Assembly: GCA_045105515.1 (NCBI GenBank)
Contig: JBGCDR010000035.1
Span: forward strand, 413 to 64,412
DNA: 64,000 nucleotides
DNA from: Oligoflexales bacterium
Lineage (GTDB): Bacteria > Bdellovibrionota_B > Oligoflexia > Oligoflexales > Bog-1112
Direction: 5' to 3'
How positions within the stretch are numbered: position 1 is the stretch's first letter; each line of letters opens with the position of its first letter. A program made the position numbers and the translations under genes. This document shows, piece by piece, positions 18,377-28,632 of the stretch. Below the pieces are notes generated by a model, which did no database searches, was not told the DNA's origin, and saw nothing but the letters and a program-made list of their open reading frames with translations.

Positions 18377-19030
18377 ATGACCACTTCAAGCTTCATAAAA
18401 ACATCACTTCCTTATTATATCTTTTCTCTATTGATTTTATTAGCTTCCAATCACTGCCTAGCTGGAACACATAAGCAAAGAATCCAAGGTTACAATAAAA
18501 TCAAATTAAAAGTTGCAAACGGCCTAGAAAGACCTAAAGTTGGGGAAGCAAGTTTTAAGGATAAGGTCCGCATCGGCTTGCGGTTAACAGTTTATGAACC
18601 TGTATCAAAAAAAACATCTGGTACAAGTATGAAAGTCAGCAGAGTGCTCAGACACACCTTGAGAGCAAAAGTCCTTACTCCAAACCACTTCTACATCGAC
18701 AAACTTCACGTGCAAACTACGCCAATCAAATGGAATCGTATCAATGGAAATTATGGGGTAAAAATAACATTTTTTTCCAAATTCGGTAAAAATGGTGAGG
18801 TAGAAGAAAAGCTAGGATCCTTAACTGTAAAGGGCATCTTAAAGGGAAAAAATGGTCTATTCATTCTTCATGGTATTGGAAAAACAACTTTCAAAGACAA
18901 GTTTAGCAAACCAAAACTTAGCGTCGTTGCGGGTTACAACCCATTAGCACCTAAAGAAAAACTTGCCAAAAGAGTTTCTCCTAAAGAGAATCAACCACAA
19001 CATGGTTTTCCAAAGTCTCAGAAGAACTAG
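18377..19030 (+). CDS. Hypothetical secreted protein (217 aa)
   Basis: Signal-peptide-like N-terminus (LPYYIFSLLILLASNHCLAG) and K-rich beta-type sequence. The 3' end overlaps speH convergently by 50 nt. Confidence 0.45.
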   Translation: MTTSSFIKTSLPYYIFSLLILLASNHCLAGTHKQRIQGYNKIKLKVANGLERPKVGEASFKDKVRIGLRLTVYEPVSKKTSGTSMKVSRVLRHTLRAKVLTPNHFYIDKLHVQTTPIKWNRINGNYGVKITFFSKFGKNGEVEEKLGSLTVKGILKGKNGLFILHGIGKTTFKDKFSKPKLSVVAGYNPLAPKEKLAKRVSPKENQPQHGFPKSQKN

Positions 19031-19436
19031 ATGTTACTGAGATCTGCTCCTGCCCTGGAACCTCACCTCTTTTAATGGTGCTCAGCGTATGACGAGTTGG
19101 ATTAAGCGCATCGATTAAGGCTTTAGCTATCAACTCAGGTTTACAGCGATCACCACATGTAAACGCATCGAAAAACAATGACCCCCGATCAGGATAAGTA
19201 TGAATCGAAGCATGGGATTCTGACAACAGAGCTAAAATGGTAACTCCACAAGGATCAAATTCCTTGCTTTGTGTTCCACAAAGGCTCGCACCGCTAGCCT
19301 CAATACCCTTTTTAAGGATCTTCTCAAGGAACTTCGCATCATCTAAAACTGAGGCCTCAACCCCATAAATCTCTCCAAGGATGTGCACACCATGGAATAA
19401 GTGTTCGTCACCAGGCACCATTTCCGCATTCTCCAC
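18981..19436 (-). CDS. speH: S-adenosylmethionine decarboxylase proenzyme, small pyruvoyl-dependent bacterial/archaeal type
   Basis: Contains LLSESHASIHTYPD, the ES self-cleavage site and HTxPE-type block of class 1 AdoMetDC. Also GVTILALL and FDAFTCG. Confidence 0.85.
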   Translation of the reverse strand: MENAEMVPGDEHLFHGVHILGEIYGVEASVLDDAKFLEKILKKGIEASGASLCGTQSKEFDPCGVTILALLSESHASIHTYPDRGSLFFDAFTCGDRCKPELIAKALIDALNPTRHTLSTIKRGEVPGQEQISVTSSSSETLENHVVVDSL

Positions 19437-19516
19437 TTACCACAGGTTGTATTTATTATTATACTCTCAAAAGTCATGCTTTAGAGAATATAAGCTCTTA
19501 CCACGCATGATCCAGG

Positions 19517-20314
19517 CTAGCCAAATAGCTGCTCGTAGTTATTCCAGATTTTTTGTTTAGCCTTTTCCACTTCCCAATTTTTAAGGTTTGCAAAAAGGCT
19601 AACGGTATGTACCACATTTGCTGGTTCATTTCTAGTGTTTCTATCAGGGCTTAAATATGGTGCGTCCGTTTCCGTAAGAATCTGATCTTCAGGCAATTCC
19701 TTTAGAAGTTTTGTAAACAATTGGTTAACTTTTGCATTAGCTGGAATTGAAAAAAACCAACCATCATTTTCTGCAGCCTGCAGAGCCAATTTTGACTTGC
19801 CTCCAAAACAATGAAAATTGACCTTCTTTACTCCTAGATGCCTCAATATTTCCATGCTTCTCTTTTCTCGTTTCCTAGTATGGATGATTGCAGGCAAATC
19901 ATATTTTACTGCAATTTCAAGAAGTTGCTCGAAAACAAATTCCTGTCTAGCATAGGTTTCTTCACCTAACCAGTAGCCATCAAGCCCACACTCCCCAATC
20001 CCAACTAAAGCTCCACTTTTGGCTTGCTCTTCAATAAATTGAATCTCCTTTTCAACATCAAAATTCTTGACGTCCAGCGGAAATTCTCGAGGTAGCCTAT
20101 CATTTACGGCATCAATAGGATAGATCCCCAAAGCAGCTTTAATAATCGGACTTTTAGACCTCATCCTCAATATTTCTCTATTCGATTCCGGCTCCAATCC
20201 ATTAACGACAACAACTCCCAAGCCAGATTCTTCAGCTCTTTTTATTACCAAATCTTGATCCTGCTTAAATGCAGAATGGGTAAGATGGGTATGAACATCC
20301 ACATAAGCACTCAA
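19517..20314 (-). CDS. tatD: TatD-family metal-dependent hydrolase/DNase
   Basis: N-terminal DVHTHL, internal GECGLD, IHTR and a C-terminal ETDAPYL. Length of about 265 aa is typical. Confidence 0.85.
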   Translation of the reverse strand: MSAYVDVHTHLTHSAFKQDQDLVIKRAEESGLGVVVVNGLEPESNREILRMRSKSPIIKAALGIYPIDAVNDRLPREFPLDVKNFDVEKEIQFIEEQAKSGALVGIGECGLDGYWLGEETYARQEFVFEQLLEIAVKYDLPAIIHTRKREKRSMEILRHLGVKKVNFHCFGGKSKLALQAAENDGWFFSIPANAKVNQLFTKLLKELPEDQILTETDAPYLSPDRNTRNEPANVVHTVSLFANLKNWEVEKAKQKIWNNYEQLFG

Positions 20315-20682
20315 ATATCAACCTTTCTTACTTCATAGTTTTTTATTTTATCATAGTGTGTGAGATTAAAAGTAATTTCACTTTATGTACCGATAGCCTT
20401 TTATTACCTTACTCGAACTATACTGGCATTCTAGGACCTTGTTTTCAATCAAAATGAAAACCCGAAATTTGAGCAACTAATGCTTTAGCTATTGAAAAAC
20501 CCCTTAAATCTTTTTTTTTAATGAATTAATGTAAGCATAAGTACCGACAATATAATTTCATTTAATTTATTGATAGACACATGAATTTGTTTCATTTGAT
20601 CCCCAAATGCCAAATAAGGTACACATATACTTAACAATTAAAAAAAGCAGTACTTAAAATTTACGAGACCGGGAGGTTATTT

Positions 20683-21231
20683 ATGCCCAGGAAGCCTATC
20701 TTTTTCCTGACAGGGGTTTTATTTTGCATTTTTTCTGGAGGATGTGCTATGAAGAAAGTACATTCTCCAAGTATGTACCTACGCCTAGGAACTAGCAAAA
20801 ATATTTCAGATCCCAAGAAAAAAATTTTAGGATTCAACATCGCTCAAAAACTTGCTGATCAACTTGGATACAAAATCAGATCGAAAGAGATAATAGAGGA
20901 AAACCTAGCTGATGACTTATCCAACAAAAAGTTTGATTTGATTTTGGCACCCAAAAGTCTAGCACAGAAATTTCCTATGCTTAAAGAACCTCAGGGATTC
21001 GATAATTTACAAGAAGAACTGACAAAACTGAAAGAAGCTCCGGCAAACAATAGCAATGATGAAAACCTCGCAACTTTTTTAATTAATCATGCAAGTAGAA
21101 ATGAAAAGTCAACAGAAAATACTTTAACATTATACCTGAACTCAGAAAGTGAGTTGCTAACTTCCTTTGAAAAATTGATCTCACATATAAATAGTCAATA
21201 TAGCCCCAATCAGATATTAAGACAGTGGTAA
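20683..21231 (+). CDS. Hypothetical lipoprotein (182 aa)
   Basis: Signal peptide with lipobox FSGGC and GGGAGG 6 nt upstream of the ATG. No functional motif. Confidence 0.5.
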   Translation: MPRKPIFFLTGVLFCIFSGGCAMKKVHSPSMYLRLGTSKNISDPKKKILGFNIAQKLADQLGYKIRSKEIIEENLADDLSNKKFDLILAPKSLAQKFPMLKEPQGFDNLQEELTKLKEAPANNSNDENLATFLINHASRNEKSTENTLTLYLNSESELLTSFEKLISHINSQYSPNQILRQW

Positions 21232-21455
21232 CCAATTCTAAATTGATTCCATTTATATCTGAACGGTTCCCCACTCTAACAATCATATCACTGAAAATTA
21301 GCCATTTTGGCATAAGCTTATAGCTCACTCTTACCGCTTTGGAATTAGGGATGCTATAAATTTTTGATGGCCCAAAACCAAAAAACATAATTTAATAGTA
21401 ATCTACTGGTTTAATACCTTTACCAGCTTCTCGCACATATACTTGGGAGAGAGGG

Positions 21456-23168
21456 ATGAATTTACTGACTATCGGCTCGTTTTTTGCATTTACCTCAATT
21501 GTCGCCTTCATATCTTACTTAAAGACTAGAGATGAAGACTACAATAGTACCGAGGGATATTTCTTGGGGGGAAGAAGCCTTACAGCTGGGGTCATTGCCG
21601 GATCTCTACTCTTGACGAATCTGTCAACTGAACAGCTAATTGGCCTCAATGGAATATCTTTTTCCGAAGGGGTTATTTGTGTAGCATGGGAAACAATAGC
21701 CAGTTTAACAATGGTAATTTTAGCTTTATATTTCCTTCCCAGGTATCTTAAAAGCGGAATTACTACGATTCCTCAGTTTTTAGAGGATCGATTTGACTCA
21801 TCCATACGGACTATGGCAAATGTGCTTTTCCTTTGTGGCTATGTTTTTGTGTTACTACCTATAGTGCTTTATTCAGGTGCTCTGGGAGTTAGCGGAATTT
21901 TCGATATTCCCCAAACTTTCGGAATTTCTATACAGCGGTCTGTTTGGATTTGTGTTTTTGGGATCGGTATCATTGGATCTATTTATGCAATTTTTGGAGG
22001 TCTAAAAGCTGTTGCTATTTCAGACACCATAAATGGTATAGGCTTATTAATTGGTGGATTAATCATACCATATTGCGGTTTATCACTCATTGGTGACGGG
22101 AACATTATTGACGGCTTTGCTACCCTTATGGAAGTGAATCCAGAAAAATTCAATGCTATAGGCCAAAAAACTGACTCTGTGCCCTTTAGTACGATATTCA
22201 CAGGTATGTTACTGGTTAACATGTTTTATTGGTGTACCAACCAGGTTATAGTCCAAAGGGTATTAGCAGCCCGTAATCTCCAAGAGGGCCAAAAGGGAGT
22301 CCTTTTGGCTGGTGCTATCAAACTTCTTTCTCCTACAATAGCCGTCCTTCCAGGTATTATCGCATTTCATCTTTATGGGGATATTATCAATAATGGTGAT
22401 CTAGCATACCCTACTCTGGTGAAAAAGGTTTTGCCTGCACCTCTAGTCGGATTTTTTGCCGCTGTCCTTGTAGGTGCGATTCTTAGCTCCTTCAACAGTA
22501 CCTTAAATAGCGCGTCCACTCTATTTAGCATTGGAATATATAAAAAGCATATTAATCCAGCTGCCTCCGAAAGCAGAGTCGTAAAATCTGGAAAGATTTT
22601 TTGCACTGTATTAGCGATTATTTCAATGTTTGTCGCTCCCCTAATCGCATATGCACCTCATGGTCTTTTTGGTTATCTACAAGAGGTCAATGGCTGCTAT
22701 ACCATTCCTATACTTACAGTCATTTTGATGGGCTTTACCAATAATCGAGCACCGAGCATTGCTGCGAAAGTAGGCTTGGTTTTTGGGTCACTCCTCTATA
22801 TCTTCTGCTCCTTTATTTTAAACCTTGAAATTCACTACCTTCACTTAATGTTTATAATATTCTTGATCAACAACTTACTGATGCTGACAATAACTTACTT
22901 TTATCCAAGGAAACATCCTTGGACTCATGTTTATACCGGGCAAGTTGACATTAAACCTTGGAAGTATGCGATGCCAGCAGGGATTGGTATTTGTACCCTC
23001 ACAATCACAAATTACTTATATTTTTCACCACTGTCATATTTATGGTATTTACCGCTTATAATTTATACTTTGTATCTCGGCATCTATATTTCATTGAATC
23101 GAAAAGTTCACCTTCCAGTAGACAGGACTAATATAAGAGACCTTGATCATCAATTAGATGGCTCTTGA
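21456..23168 (+). CDS. Sodium:solute symporter (SSS/SGLT family)
   Basis: 570 aa with about 13-14 hydrophobic segments. Blocks YFLGGRSL, LTNLSTEQLIGLNG and VQRVLAA are typical of SSS transporters. Confidence 0.85.
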   Translation: MNLLTIGSFFAFTSIVAFISYLKTRDEDYNSTEGYFLGGRSLTAGVIAGSLLLTNLSTEQLIGLNGISFSEGVICVAWETIASLTMVILALYFLPRYLKSGITTIPQFLEDRFDSSIRTMANVLFLCGYVFVLLPIVLYSGALGVSGIFDIPQTFGISIQRSVWICVFGIGIIGSIYAIFGGLKAVAISDTINGIGLLIGGLIIPYCGLSLIGDGNIIDGFATLMEVNPEKFNAIGQKTDSVPFSTIFTGMLLVNMFYWCTNQVIVQRVLAARNLQEGQKGVLLAGAIKLLSPTIAVLPGIIAFHLYGDIINNGDLAYPTLVKKVLPAPLVGFFAAVLVGAILSSFNSTLNSASTLFSIGIYKKHINPAASESRVVKSGKIFCTVLAIISMFVAPLIAYAPHGLFGYLQEVNGCYTIPILTVILMGFTNNRAPSIAAKVGLVFGSLLYIFCSFILNLEIHYLHLMFIIFLINNLLMLTITYFYPRKHPWTHVYTGQVDIKPWKYAMPAGIGICTLTITNYLYFSPLSYLWYLPLIIYTLYLGIYISLNRKVHLPVDRTNIRDLDHQLDGS

Positions 23169-23272
23169 TCCCTCATATCTAAATCTAACAATAACTTGAC
23201 TTTTAACCATCCTCTTCATACCTATCAGAATGGGCATCTAAATTCATTACAATCATTTTAAGGGAAGCAAAA

Positions 23273-23740
23273 TTGAAGAATTTACTAAAAAAATTATTTA
23301 CAGGTTGGATATTAATTTCTTCTTCCAGCGCCTTTGCAGGTAATGAGCATGCTAGAGAGTATCGAGAAAAAGTAATGAGCGCCGTGGGGGCTCATATGAA
23401 ATCACTTTCTCTAATACTTAAACAAAAGGATAACACGGCTCTCCACAAGCACATCAGCAAGCACACAGCAAACATGGATGAGCTAGCCGCAATATCCCAA
23501 GATATCTTTTCTTTTGACTCTAAAGACGCTAAAGGCAGCAAAACCAAGTCAAAAGCATGGGATGAAAAAACTAAATCGTTGAGTGACGGCTTTAAGAAAG
23601 AGCTTTCTAAATTCCAGGAAGCAACTAAAAAAGCTGCAGAACTGACAAAAAGTAACGACATTAGCAAGCTCAAACCCGCTCTTGGAGTACTAGGAAAATC
23701 ATGCAAAAGCTGCCATGATTCCTACAAGGAAAAAGACTAA
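23273..23740 (+). CDS. Class II c-type cytochrome (cytochrome c'/c-556-like)
   Basis: Signal peptide, four-helix-type sequence and a single CxxCH (CKSCHDSYK) at the extreme C-terminus, the hallmark of class II cytochromes c. TTG start as given by the track. Confidence 0.7.
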   Translation: MKNLLKKLFTGWILISSSSAFAGNEHAREYREKVMSAVGAHMKSLSLILKQKDNTALHKHISKHTANMDELAAISQDIFSFDSKDAKGSKTKSKAWDEKTKSLSDGFKKELSKFQEATKKAAELTKSNDISKLKPALGVLGKSCKSCHDSYKEKD

Positions 23741-23858
23741 GCATACCTTACTTCTGTTCAAATATTCTTATACACTCTCATAGGTTAAATTTCCTAGAGA
23801 GAAAGCATCTAATATTGAAAATCCTGTCTGTCAAAAACTATGTCTTATTTTTTGAACA

Positions 23859-23904
23859 TTTTTCTTACGAATTGCTGAAGTCACTCAGCAATTCGTAAGA
23901 AAAA
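23859..23904. repeat. Perfect 20-bp inverted repeat with a 6-nt loop
   Basis: TTTTTCTTACGAATTGCTGA (23859-23878), loop agtcac, then TCAGCAATTCGTAAGAAAAA (23885-23904). No mismatch. It lies about 120 nt downstream of the cytochrome c' stop. Confidence 0.9.
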
Positions 23905-24054
23905 CAACCGGAAAACTCAAGAAATGACCTTTTGCTCTTCACACTTTAAAAAAGGGGCCATTTTCAAAGTAGGATATACAGAGTTTTTTTTGCTTACCAT
24001 CCCAAGGCCAAATATAATATCCAAGCATGACATAATTCTTCATAGGAGATAACT

Positions 24055-24858
24055 TTGGACAAACAAGTACTCATAACACCATGGGATAAAGCATACCAAT
24101 TGCTCATGGAATATATCGATCAAATCAAAGTTCAAAATCCCAACACCCAATTCCTAAGTTGCTGGGACTTTGATGGAACCCTGATTAAAGGAGATATTGG
24201 TGAAGGTCTCTACACAGAAGGAAAGCATGAATACTGCGGCCTTGTGGAAGAAGCAATCATCCATGGATTTATTCCAAGATACTCAAATCATCATGGCTTG
24301 CAGCAGTTTTGGCAAAAATATAAAGACCTTGCTAAAGAGCATTCCCTTTTAAAAGCCTATAAATTTCTAGTAGACTGCATTTACACTATTCCTAGAACGA
24401 GGAGGGACGAATTCAAAGAGCTTTGTATACGTCTTGTCGATGAACATATTTCAAAATACTTTTACTCCCAAACCCGAGCCTTAATGGCAAGTTTCAACAA
24501 TAAAAAAATTATCCCAATCATTATTTCGGCTAGCCCTCAGATCCTTATAGATTCGGTTATCCATCACTTTCCGGTTGACCCCCAATTCGCATTTGGAGTG
24601 AGTGATCCTAAAGAAAATAAGCAAATATTTAACTATGGTGAAGGAAAAGTAGCTCGCATTGATGCGGTATCTAAACTTTTAAAAGAAAAGTTGAATACTA
24701 ATATAGTAGCAATTTTTGCGGCAGGGGATAGTTGGGCAAATGATGGAGCAATGATGCAACGGGTATGCAAAAACGGAGGTCTAAGCTTATGTATAAACCC
24801 TTACAGTAGTCCCAAATGGGTGACAGATTTCAACATTTATTGCACTCAAGTAAAATAG
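24055..24858 (+). CDS. HAD-superfamily (subfamily IB-like) hydrolase
   Basis: Motif I DFDGTLIKGD, motif II IIISASPQ and motif IV AAGDSWANDGAM. TTG start per the track. Confidence 0.6.
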   Translation: MDKQVLITPWDKAYQLLMEYIDQIKVQNPNTQFLSCWDFDGTLIKGDIGEGLYTEGKHEYCGLVEEAIIHGFIPRYSNHHGLQQFWQKYKDLAKEHSLLKAYKFLVDCIYTIPRTRRDEFKELCIRLVDEHISKYFYSQTRALMASFNNKKIIPIIISASPQILIDSVIHHFPVDPQFAFGVSDPKENKQIFNYGEGKVARIDAVSKLLKEKLNTNIVAIFAAGDSWANDGAMMQRVCKNGGLSLCINPYSSPKWVTDFNIYCTQVK

Positions 24859-24882
24859 AAGGTAAAAAAAACCTCTTGAATA

Positions 24883-25581
24883 TTATTCCCAAGAATAAAC
24901 TAGCAACCAAACCAGTGCCCCAGATCCTATCATAGTCAAAAATGCAAAAAGCAAATTCGGATACTTCAAATTCGAAACCACAGGTTTTAGGTCCTGAGGA
25001 AGCCATTTTTTTCCATTTATCATAGCTGGAATCAAGCTTTCCTTTTTGTAGATCCCATAGAATGCAATTGCAGCTAAATGCAGACCAATGCATACCAATA
25101 ATACATAACTATTGATGTAATGAACTTGAGTAAAAAACGAACAAACAGACCCGTCGACCGCACTACAAAGTGGGCCTTCTGTGAGGATATCATCGGTTGT
25201 AAATAACCCTGATACAGATTGAACTAGCAAGCAAATAAGCAACATCAAGGTGCCCATTGCAGCTGAAGGAGAGTGACCTATGGAATGAGATGACTCAGGC
25301 TTAAACATTTTAGGCATATATTTTAAAAGTTTTTGGGGACTAGGTACAAAGTAAAGGAAGCGTACCGTGGTATCTCCCCAAAGACCCCAAAATAGTCTAA
25401 ATATAAGTAGAGAAAGGAGTGCGATACCCGCTTTTTCATGGTAATCCATGCTATCGACGCCATCACCCCACTTCCCTGTATAATAGTTAAAAATAAGCAA
25501 TGCCACTAGCAGCCAGTGGAAAAGCCTGATGGGAAGACTCCAGATTTTAGCTCTAATCCTACCCTTGCTCACCATGATCAT
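24883..25581 (-). CDS. Cytochrome b561 / Ni-hydrogenase b-type cytochrome family membrane protein
   Basis: N-terminal PIRLFHWLLVALL, four or more TM helices and conserved His residues (YHEKAG, VHYINS..LHLAAIAFY). Confidence 0.7.
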   Translation of the reverse strand: MIMVSKGRIRAKIWSLPIRLFHWLLVALLIFNYYTGKWGDGVDSMDYHEKAGIALLSLLIFRLFWGLWGDTTVRFLYFVPSPQKLLKYMPKMFKPESSHSIGHSPSAAMGTLMLLICLLVQSVSGLFTTDDILTEGPLCSAVDGSVCSFFTQVHYINSYVLLVCIGLHLAAIAFYGIYKKESLIPAMINGKKWLPQDLKPVVSNLKYPNLLFAFLTMIGSGALVWLLVYSWE

Positions 25582-26085
25582 TCCCTTTCTACTGTCTATT
25601 GGTCTTTCCTCTTATACATTCACGCTTATACAAACCCAGAGGAGTTCTGAAGGCAAGGATCTTTTGAGAGGTGGATTAATATATAGCATACTATTATCAT
25701 TAAATTTTATGATATATTGTTGCAAAGTACTAAATTTTTGTGCATACTCCGGAATTATGGTTCTTGCCAATTGACCAGGTAATGTTCGTAAGTTGAAGTT
25801 AATAAACTTAAATGAGCACGAATGGACCAAACTAAAAGGCTGTAGCTATCTACCTGTTGGTGAATAGTGACATCTCAACCGATGAATCGGAAAGGAAAAG
25901 AATGACACACCCATACGCCTGTCAGTACGACCAAACCTCGGCTATAAAAACAAATTTAAATATGTGTATGAACATATAGGCAATGAGAGAACGATCCGTG
26001 TGGGACATTCTTTCTTTGTATTTAATTTGAAATTTTCAAACAGAAATCCTAAGTATTAAGCTATTATTAAGGCCTAAGGAATCAA

Positions 26086-26934
26086 ATGCTGTTCACCAAA
26101 AGTTTAATCAGACAAATAAATATCACTTTCCTCTTCTTGTTTTCACTGCAAATTCTTTCTGGATGTACATCAACAGCACAGCAAGAAATCAAAACCACTG
26201 CAGGGGCATTAAGCGAAGTCACAATTGGCACCATTGCTGGCCCAGAAACAGAAATAATGGAGGTTATCAAAGAAGTCGCTCTAAAAGAGCATAAACTCAA
26301 GCTCAAAATCATTACGTTTAATGATTTCATGACTCCAAATATTGCTCTGGAAGACGGAAGTATTGATGCAAATGCATACCAGCATTTACCCTACCTACAA
26401 GATGCAATAAAAGCTCGTGGATTTAAGTTTACTTCTATTGGACAAACCTTTATCTATCCTGTTGCTGCCTATTCAAAGAAAATTTCTCGTAGCAACCAAC
26501 TTGTTGATAAAGCAAAAATTGCGATCCCTAATGATCCAACCAATGAGGGTCGTGCTCTTCTACTTTTAGAAAAGCAGGGGCTCATAAAGTTGCGGGAAGG
26601 TGCTGGGCTAAGCGCACTTCCATCAGATATCGTAGAGAACTCTAAAAATCTTGAAATTATTGAGATTGAAGCGGCACAACTTCCCCGTATTTTAGAAGAC
26701 GTCGATTTGGCAGTAATCAACACTGTATTTGCTGCAAATGCCGACTTAAGCCCAAGCAAGGATAGTATATTTGCGGAAGGGTCTGAAAGTCCTTACGCAA
26801 ACATTATAGTTGTTAGAGAGCAAGATAAAAATAGTGACTGGACCTTCAAATTGCTCAAGGCTGCAAATAGCTCTCAAGTTGCTGAGGCTGCGGCAAGGGT
26901 CTTTTCTGGAAATGCGCTCCCAGCATGGAACTAG
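26086..26934 (+). CDS. metQ: Methionine ABC transporter substrate-binding lipoprotein
   Basis: Lipobox LSGC. NlpA/MetQ-type blocks (DANAYQHLPYL, IAIPNDPTNEGRALLLL, NIIVVRE). Immediately followed by metN and metI. Confidence 0.9.
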   Translation: MLFTKSLIRQINITFLFLFSLQILSGCTSTAQQEIKTTAGALSEVTIGTIAGPETEIMEVIKEVALKEHKLKLKIITFNDFMTPNIALEDGSIDANAYQHLPYLQDAIKARGFKFTSIGQTFIYPVAAYSKKISRSNQLVDKAKIAIPNDPTNEGRALLLLEKQGLIKLREGAGLSALPSDIVENSKNLEIIEIEAAQLPRILEDVDLAVINTVFAANADLSPSKDSIFAEGSESPYANIIVVREQDKNSDWTFKLLKAANSSQVAEAAARVFSGNALPAWN

Positions 26935-26958
26935 CATCAAATTAAAAAAGAGCTCCCC

Positions 26959-27996
26959 ATGATTCGTTTCGAAAATGTTCAAATGACTTATCGTTTTGGT
27001 AAAAAAGAAATCGTTGCTCTCAACGATATTAACCTTGAAATCCCGACAAAAAGTATCTTTGGCATTATCGGTGCTAGTGGAGCAGGAAAAAGTAGCCTTT
27101 TGCGTTGCGTTAATGGGCTAGAATCTCCCGACTCAGGGCAAGTGATTGTTGATGGCAAAGATATTAACAGCTTAAGCACGAAACTTTTAAGGCAAAGCCG
27201 TAAACAAATGGGTATGATTTTCCAACACTTCAATTTATTAGACGTCAGGAATGTTTACGATAATATTGCCCTTCCTCTTGAACTTTCTAAACATTCATCT
27301 TCTTATATTAGAGAAAAAGTCACTCCCCTTATTGAGCTAACAGGACTAGAGGGTAAGGAGTTCAATTACCCCCACCAACTGAGTGGAGGGCAAAAGCAGA
27401 GAGTGGCAATAGCTAGAGCACTTGCGAACGATCCTAAAGTTCTTTTGTGCGATGAAGCAACCTCGGCCTTAGATCCACAAACAACTGAGCAAATCTTAAA
27501 ATTACTCAAAAATATCAATAAGAAACTTGGAATTACCATTCTACTCATCACCCATGAACTGGAGGTAATCAAGTCAACTTGTGATCAGGTAGCTTTGCTG
27601 GACAAAGGATGCCTCATAGAATCCAATGAAGTCGTAAGCTTCTTTTCTAAACCTCAAAGCAGCTTGGCCAAAGAATATGTGAATAGTTCTTTTTGCCTTT
27701 CCTTACCTTCATGGTTAGTAAACAAAATCCAAGAGTCTCCATGCACTAAGCACCCTTACCCACTACTCAAAATTTCGTTTAGTGGAAAAGACGTCAACAG
27801 GCCTATAATATCAACTGCATCTCGTGAGTTTAACCTCGATATAAATATTCTTCTTTCCAATGTTGAATACATTGGTAACTCGAATATAGGTGCAATGATT
27901 GCTCAAGTCTACGGCGACAAAGATAAGCTTAGCCAGTGCCTAGAGTTTTTTAAAAATGAAAATTTATCAGTGGATATTATCGGTTATGTCGCTTGA
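26959..27996 (+). CDS. metN: Methionine ABC transporter ATP-binding protein
   Basis: Walker A GASGAGKSS, signature LSGGQKQR, Walker B LLCDEATSALD and a C-terminal NIL/ACT-like regulatory domain. Confidence 0.95.
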   Translation: MIRFENVQMTYRFGKKEIVALNDINLEIPTKSIFGIIGASGAGKSSLLRCVNGLESPDSGQVIVDGKDINSLSTKLLRQSRKQMGMIFQHFNLLDVRNVYDNIALPLELSKHSSSYIREKVTPLIELTGLEGKEFNYPHQLSGGQKQRVAIARALANDPKVLLCDEATSALDPQTTEQILKLLKNINKKLGITILLITHELEVIKSTCDQVALLDKGCLIESNEVVSFFSKPQSSLAKEYVNSSFCLSLPSWLVNKIQESPCTKHPYPLLKISFSGKDVNRPIISTASREFNLDINILLSNVEYIGNSNIGAMIAQVYGDKDKLSQCLEFFKNENLSVDIIGYVA

Positions 27997-28630
27997 TTTA
28001 CTATTTAAAGCGTGTCTTGAGAGCATTTATATGGTCCTTGTGTCTGGCATCGGATCATGCGTATTTGGCATACCTCTGGGGATCGCACTTTTTGTGAGCA
28101 ACAAGAATCAGATCATGGCTTCAAAGCTAAGGTATCACATGTTAAATACCCTAGTTAATAGCGCTCGCTCAGTACCCTTCATCATCCTACTCGTAGCGAT
28201 CATCCCATTTACGAGGTTTATAGTAGGTAGTTCGATTGGAACCCATGCGGCAATGGTGCCCCTAACTATTGCTGCCATACCTTTTATGGCCCGCCTAGTT
28301 GATGGAGTCCTTGCTGAACTTCCTTCCGGATTAATCGAAGCCATGCAAAGTATGGGAGCAAGTCCGATGCAGATAGTTACAAAAGGTCTGATACCAGAAG
28401 CGTTTCCAGGAATTGTGAATGCTATAACTGTCACCCTCGTCAACCTTATCGGATATTCGGCAATGGCTGGAACTGTTGGCGGTGGAGGCCTAGGTGATTT
28501 GGCGATTAGATATGGATACCAGCGTTTTGACGGCAAGGTGATGCTTATTACCGTTCTGATTCTGGTCTTTATGGTTCAGGGAGTTCAATCTTGCGGCGAC
28601 CTGCTAGCAAAGCACCTACGGAGAGTATGA
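27986..28630 (+). CDS. metI: Methionine ABC transporter permease
   Basis: Five TM segments with an EAA-like loop (EAMQSMGASPMQIV). The ATG at 27986 (MSLDLLF..) is in frame with the track ORF (27956). It overlaps the metN stop by 11 nt and gives a typical length of about 214 aa. Confidence 0.9.
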   Translation: MSLDLLFKACLESIYMVLVSGIGSCVFGIPLGIALFVSNKNQIMASKLRYHMLNTLVNSARSVPFIILLVAIIPFTRFIVGSSIGTHAAMVPLTIAAIPFMARLVDGVLAELPSGLIEAMQSMGASPMQIVTKGLIPEAFPGIVNAITVTLVNLIGYSAMAGTVGGGGLGDLAIRYGYQRFDGKVMLITVLILVFMVQGVQSCGDLLAKHLRRV

Positions 28631-28632
28631 AT

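Noticed and set aside
21083-21388. 101-aa minus-strand ORF between the lipoprotein gene and the SSS transporter
   Set aside because: It overlaps the 3' end of the 182-aa lipoprotein gene by about 150 nt. It has an F/I/L/Y-rich AT-driven composition and no RBS.
25582-26085. SAM riboswitch or MetJ-type operator upstream of metQNI
   Set aside because: No S-box (GAGGGA...GCAACC...GGUGCUAA), SAM-II-like or AGACGTCT elements are visible, only small hairpins. The 72-aa and 81-aa ORFs here (25612-25830 and 25529-25774) look spurious.
28135-28536. 133-aa minus-strand ORF inside metI, and similar ORFs inside metQ and metN (26469-26759, 26988-27233, 27366-27572)
   Set aside because: They are antisense to confidently identified ABC-transporter genes.
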